DNA of 64,000 nt from the human T2T-CHM13v2.0 reference genome, Homo sapiens: the NCBI RefSeq assembly GCF_009914755.1, contig NC_060942.1, one strand, 5' to 3'. The notes beneath the pieces are model-generated. The model was not told the DNA's origin. It did no database searches and worked only from the letters and a program-made list of their open reading frames with translations. A program made the position numbers and the translations under genes. Every line of letters begins with the position of its first letter. Position 1 is the first letter of the stretch. Shown in pieces: positions 60,917 to 64,000 of the stretch.

Positions 60917-61849
60917 AAGTCCTGCCTGTTCTTTTAGCAATGTCTGTAGTTTGGAGAGCACAGTGTAAAATTGTTGTAATACTATAGCAGATGGGTAGAA
61001 CCAGAGGTTTTTCTGGATCTTGGCTTACTCGAGATGCATATCAGTTATGTCTACTAAGTAAATTCCCCTTTATTCTTTGGAAGACTTCAAAGATTACCTT
61101 GTCTTCCAAATTGATAGCTTAGAATATCTATTTCTGAGCAGTCTGGTGTAATTTTTGCTGGGTTCCAAAGACATTTTAAAATGATCTTGCCATTATGCAG
61201 AATCCTTTGCTGTTTGATATCATTGTGGACAATATTAGGCATTAAGTAAAAGCTTGAGATTTCGGGGTGTGGAATTAGATTGTAAAGCAGTGAGATTAGC
61301 TGTCATCATTCCGAATTTATGTCTACCCACCATAATATAAAATATAACAAGTGATGGGAGTCTTCTAAATTCAACCCTTTCTGGCCATGAAGCATGACCT
61401 GTTGAATGATGAATTCTCATACACCTATCCACATGTAGGCTGTTCTTCCCTTAACAATTCTTCCTAAGAACAGTGCTTCAAAAGATAAATTGCTGTTTTA
61501 TTATTATATAATGTTTCTTTACTCCACATCCTTGTTGGCATTTGGTATTCTCATTAATTTTTATTTTACCTCTTCTAATACGTGTATAGTGACATTTCAT
61601 CGCAGTCTTAATTTGCATTTCACTAATGGCTAGTAATGTTGAACATCTTTTTGTGTGTGTGCACGTTTGCCCTCCTATCTTCTTCAGTAAATTCTCTCTT
61701 CAGTATTGCCCATATTCTAATTGGATCATTTGGGTGTTTTGCTGTTTGGAGAGTTCTTCATATCTTCTAGATATATGTCTTTTGTCAGATATGTGAATAG
61801 CAAATATTTTCTCCCAGTCTGTAACTTGTCTTTTCTTTTTTATCTTTAA

Positions 61850-61990
61850 TTTTTTTTTCTTTTGGTAGAGACAGGCTCTCACTCTGTTGCCCAGGCTGGT
61901 CTTGAACTTAAATAATTATCCCACCTCAGCCTCCCAAAGTGCTGGAATTACAGCCACTGCTGGAATTTGAGCCACTGCTCCTGACTCTGC
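61850..61990 (-). mobile_element. FLAM/Alu left monomer with an internal 18-bp duplication
   Basis: gctggaattacagccact gctggaatttgagccact. Confidence 0.8.
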
Positions 61991-62304
61991 CTTTTTAGTT
62001 GCTTAATGAGATCTTTCATAGAGCAGAAATTTTTAATTTTAATGAAGTCCAATTTATCTTTTTTTTCTGTTATGGATTATATAAAGTTTTATCATAGGTG
62101 TTGAATTTTGTCAAATACCTTTTATGAATTTTGTCAAATATCTTTTATGATCATGTGATTTGTCTTATTTGCCCTGTTAATATGGTGAATTACATAGATT
62201 TTTAAATATTAAACCAGCCTTGCATCCCTGAAATAAACCCCACTTGGTCATAATGTATGATTTTTTAAAATGTTACTGAATTCCATTTACTAATATTTTG
62301 TTGA

Positions 62305-62586
<282 letters not shown>

Positions 62587-63567
62587 TAAAATGAGTTGGG
62601 AGATGTTCGCTCTGCTTCTGCTTTCTGGAAGAGATTGTGTAGAATTGGTGTTAATTCTTCTTTAAATGTTTAGTAGAATTCTCCAGTGAAGCCATCTGGA
62701 CCTGGAAATTTATTTTTTGAGACTTTTTAAATTCCAAGTTTAATTTCCTTAATACTTACAAGGCTATTCAAATTATCTATTGGATAATCTGCCTTGCCAC
62801 AGGTTTGTTCATTTTAATTATCTTTCAAATAACTGGGTTTTTGTTTCATTTAGTTTTTGTTATTGTTTTTCTGTTTTCAATTTCATTGATTTCTGCTCTT
62901 TATTATTTTCTTCCTTCTGCTTGCTTTAAATTTACTTTGCTCTTCTTTTTTCCTAATTTGTTAAGGTGGAAGCATATTGGTTTGAGACTTTTTCACTTTT
63001 CTACTGGAAGCATTTAGTGCTCTAAATTCCCTTCTCGGCACTGATTCAGCTATGTCCCACAAATTTTGATATGTTGCATTTTCATGTTTATCCAATTCAG
63101 TGTGTTTTTGGGGTATCTTTTGAAACTTCCTATTTGACCCATGGGTTATTTAGAAGTGTTATATTTAGTTTCCAAGTTCTTAAAGATTTTCCTGTTTTCT
63201 GTTTCTGATTTCTAGTTTGATACCACTGTGCACACATAACACACTGTATGTTTTTCATTCTTTCAGACTTATTGAAGTTTGTTTAAGGACCCTAGGGCAT
63301 GCTCTATCTTGATATATGTTCCATGATGTTTGAAAAGAATACGTATTCTGCTGTTGGGTGGTGTGTTCTGTAAATTGGATCCTATTATTTGACAGTATTG
63401 TTGAGTTCTTCTATATTCTTGCTGATTTTCTACCTACTTCTATCAATTATTGACAGAGGCGTTTTGAAATCTCCAAGTACAATTGTGATATATCTATTTT
63501 TCCTATTAGTTCTATTAGTATTTGTTTTAAATATTTATACTTCTGTTCTTTGCTGCTTATGCATTAA

Positions 63568-63888
<321 letters not shown>

Positions 63889-64000
63889 GTAAATTTTTTA
63901 TCTAAAGTCTCCTTTACCTGATGCTAATATAGCCATTCTTACTTTCATTTTATTAAGGTTTTCAAGATGTGTGTTCTTCCATCCTTTTACTTTCACCCTA

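Overview
This is primate (human-like) nuclear genomic DNA, not microbial. It is AT-rich, CpG-depleted and largely made of Alu, LINE-1, L2, MIR, MaLR/ERV LTR and hAT/Tigger/mariner remnants. The only host coding sequence I can support is one 656-nt internal exon on the + strand (59950-60605, AG/GT flanked). I recognise its peptide ([18 protein letters not shown]...QSRLDYNW) from memory as hinderin/KIAA1328, so the rest of the window appears to be intron. All other ORFs in the track are decayed L1 ORF1/ORF2 pieces, Alu/LTR read-throughs or chance ORFs. I found no CRISPR array, RNA gene or new multi-gene system. The most interesting signals are mechanistic scars: (1) a chimeric retro-insertion in which a polyadenylated LTR fragment and a 5'-truncated AluY share one target-site duplication (TSD); (2) a twin-primed inverted L1PA nested in an older L1; (3) several templated fold-back insertions, including a perfect 17-bp inverted repeat inside a MER58-like element; (4) an L1 5'UTR built of ~112-bp monomers; (5) an antisense Alu whose TSD overlaps the exon's splice donor. 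Repeat subfamily names come from remembered consensus features, and boundaries of old elements are approximate (tens of bp).
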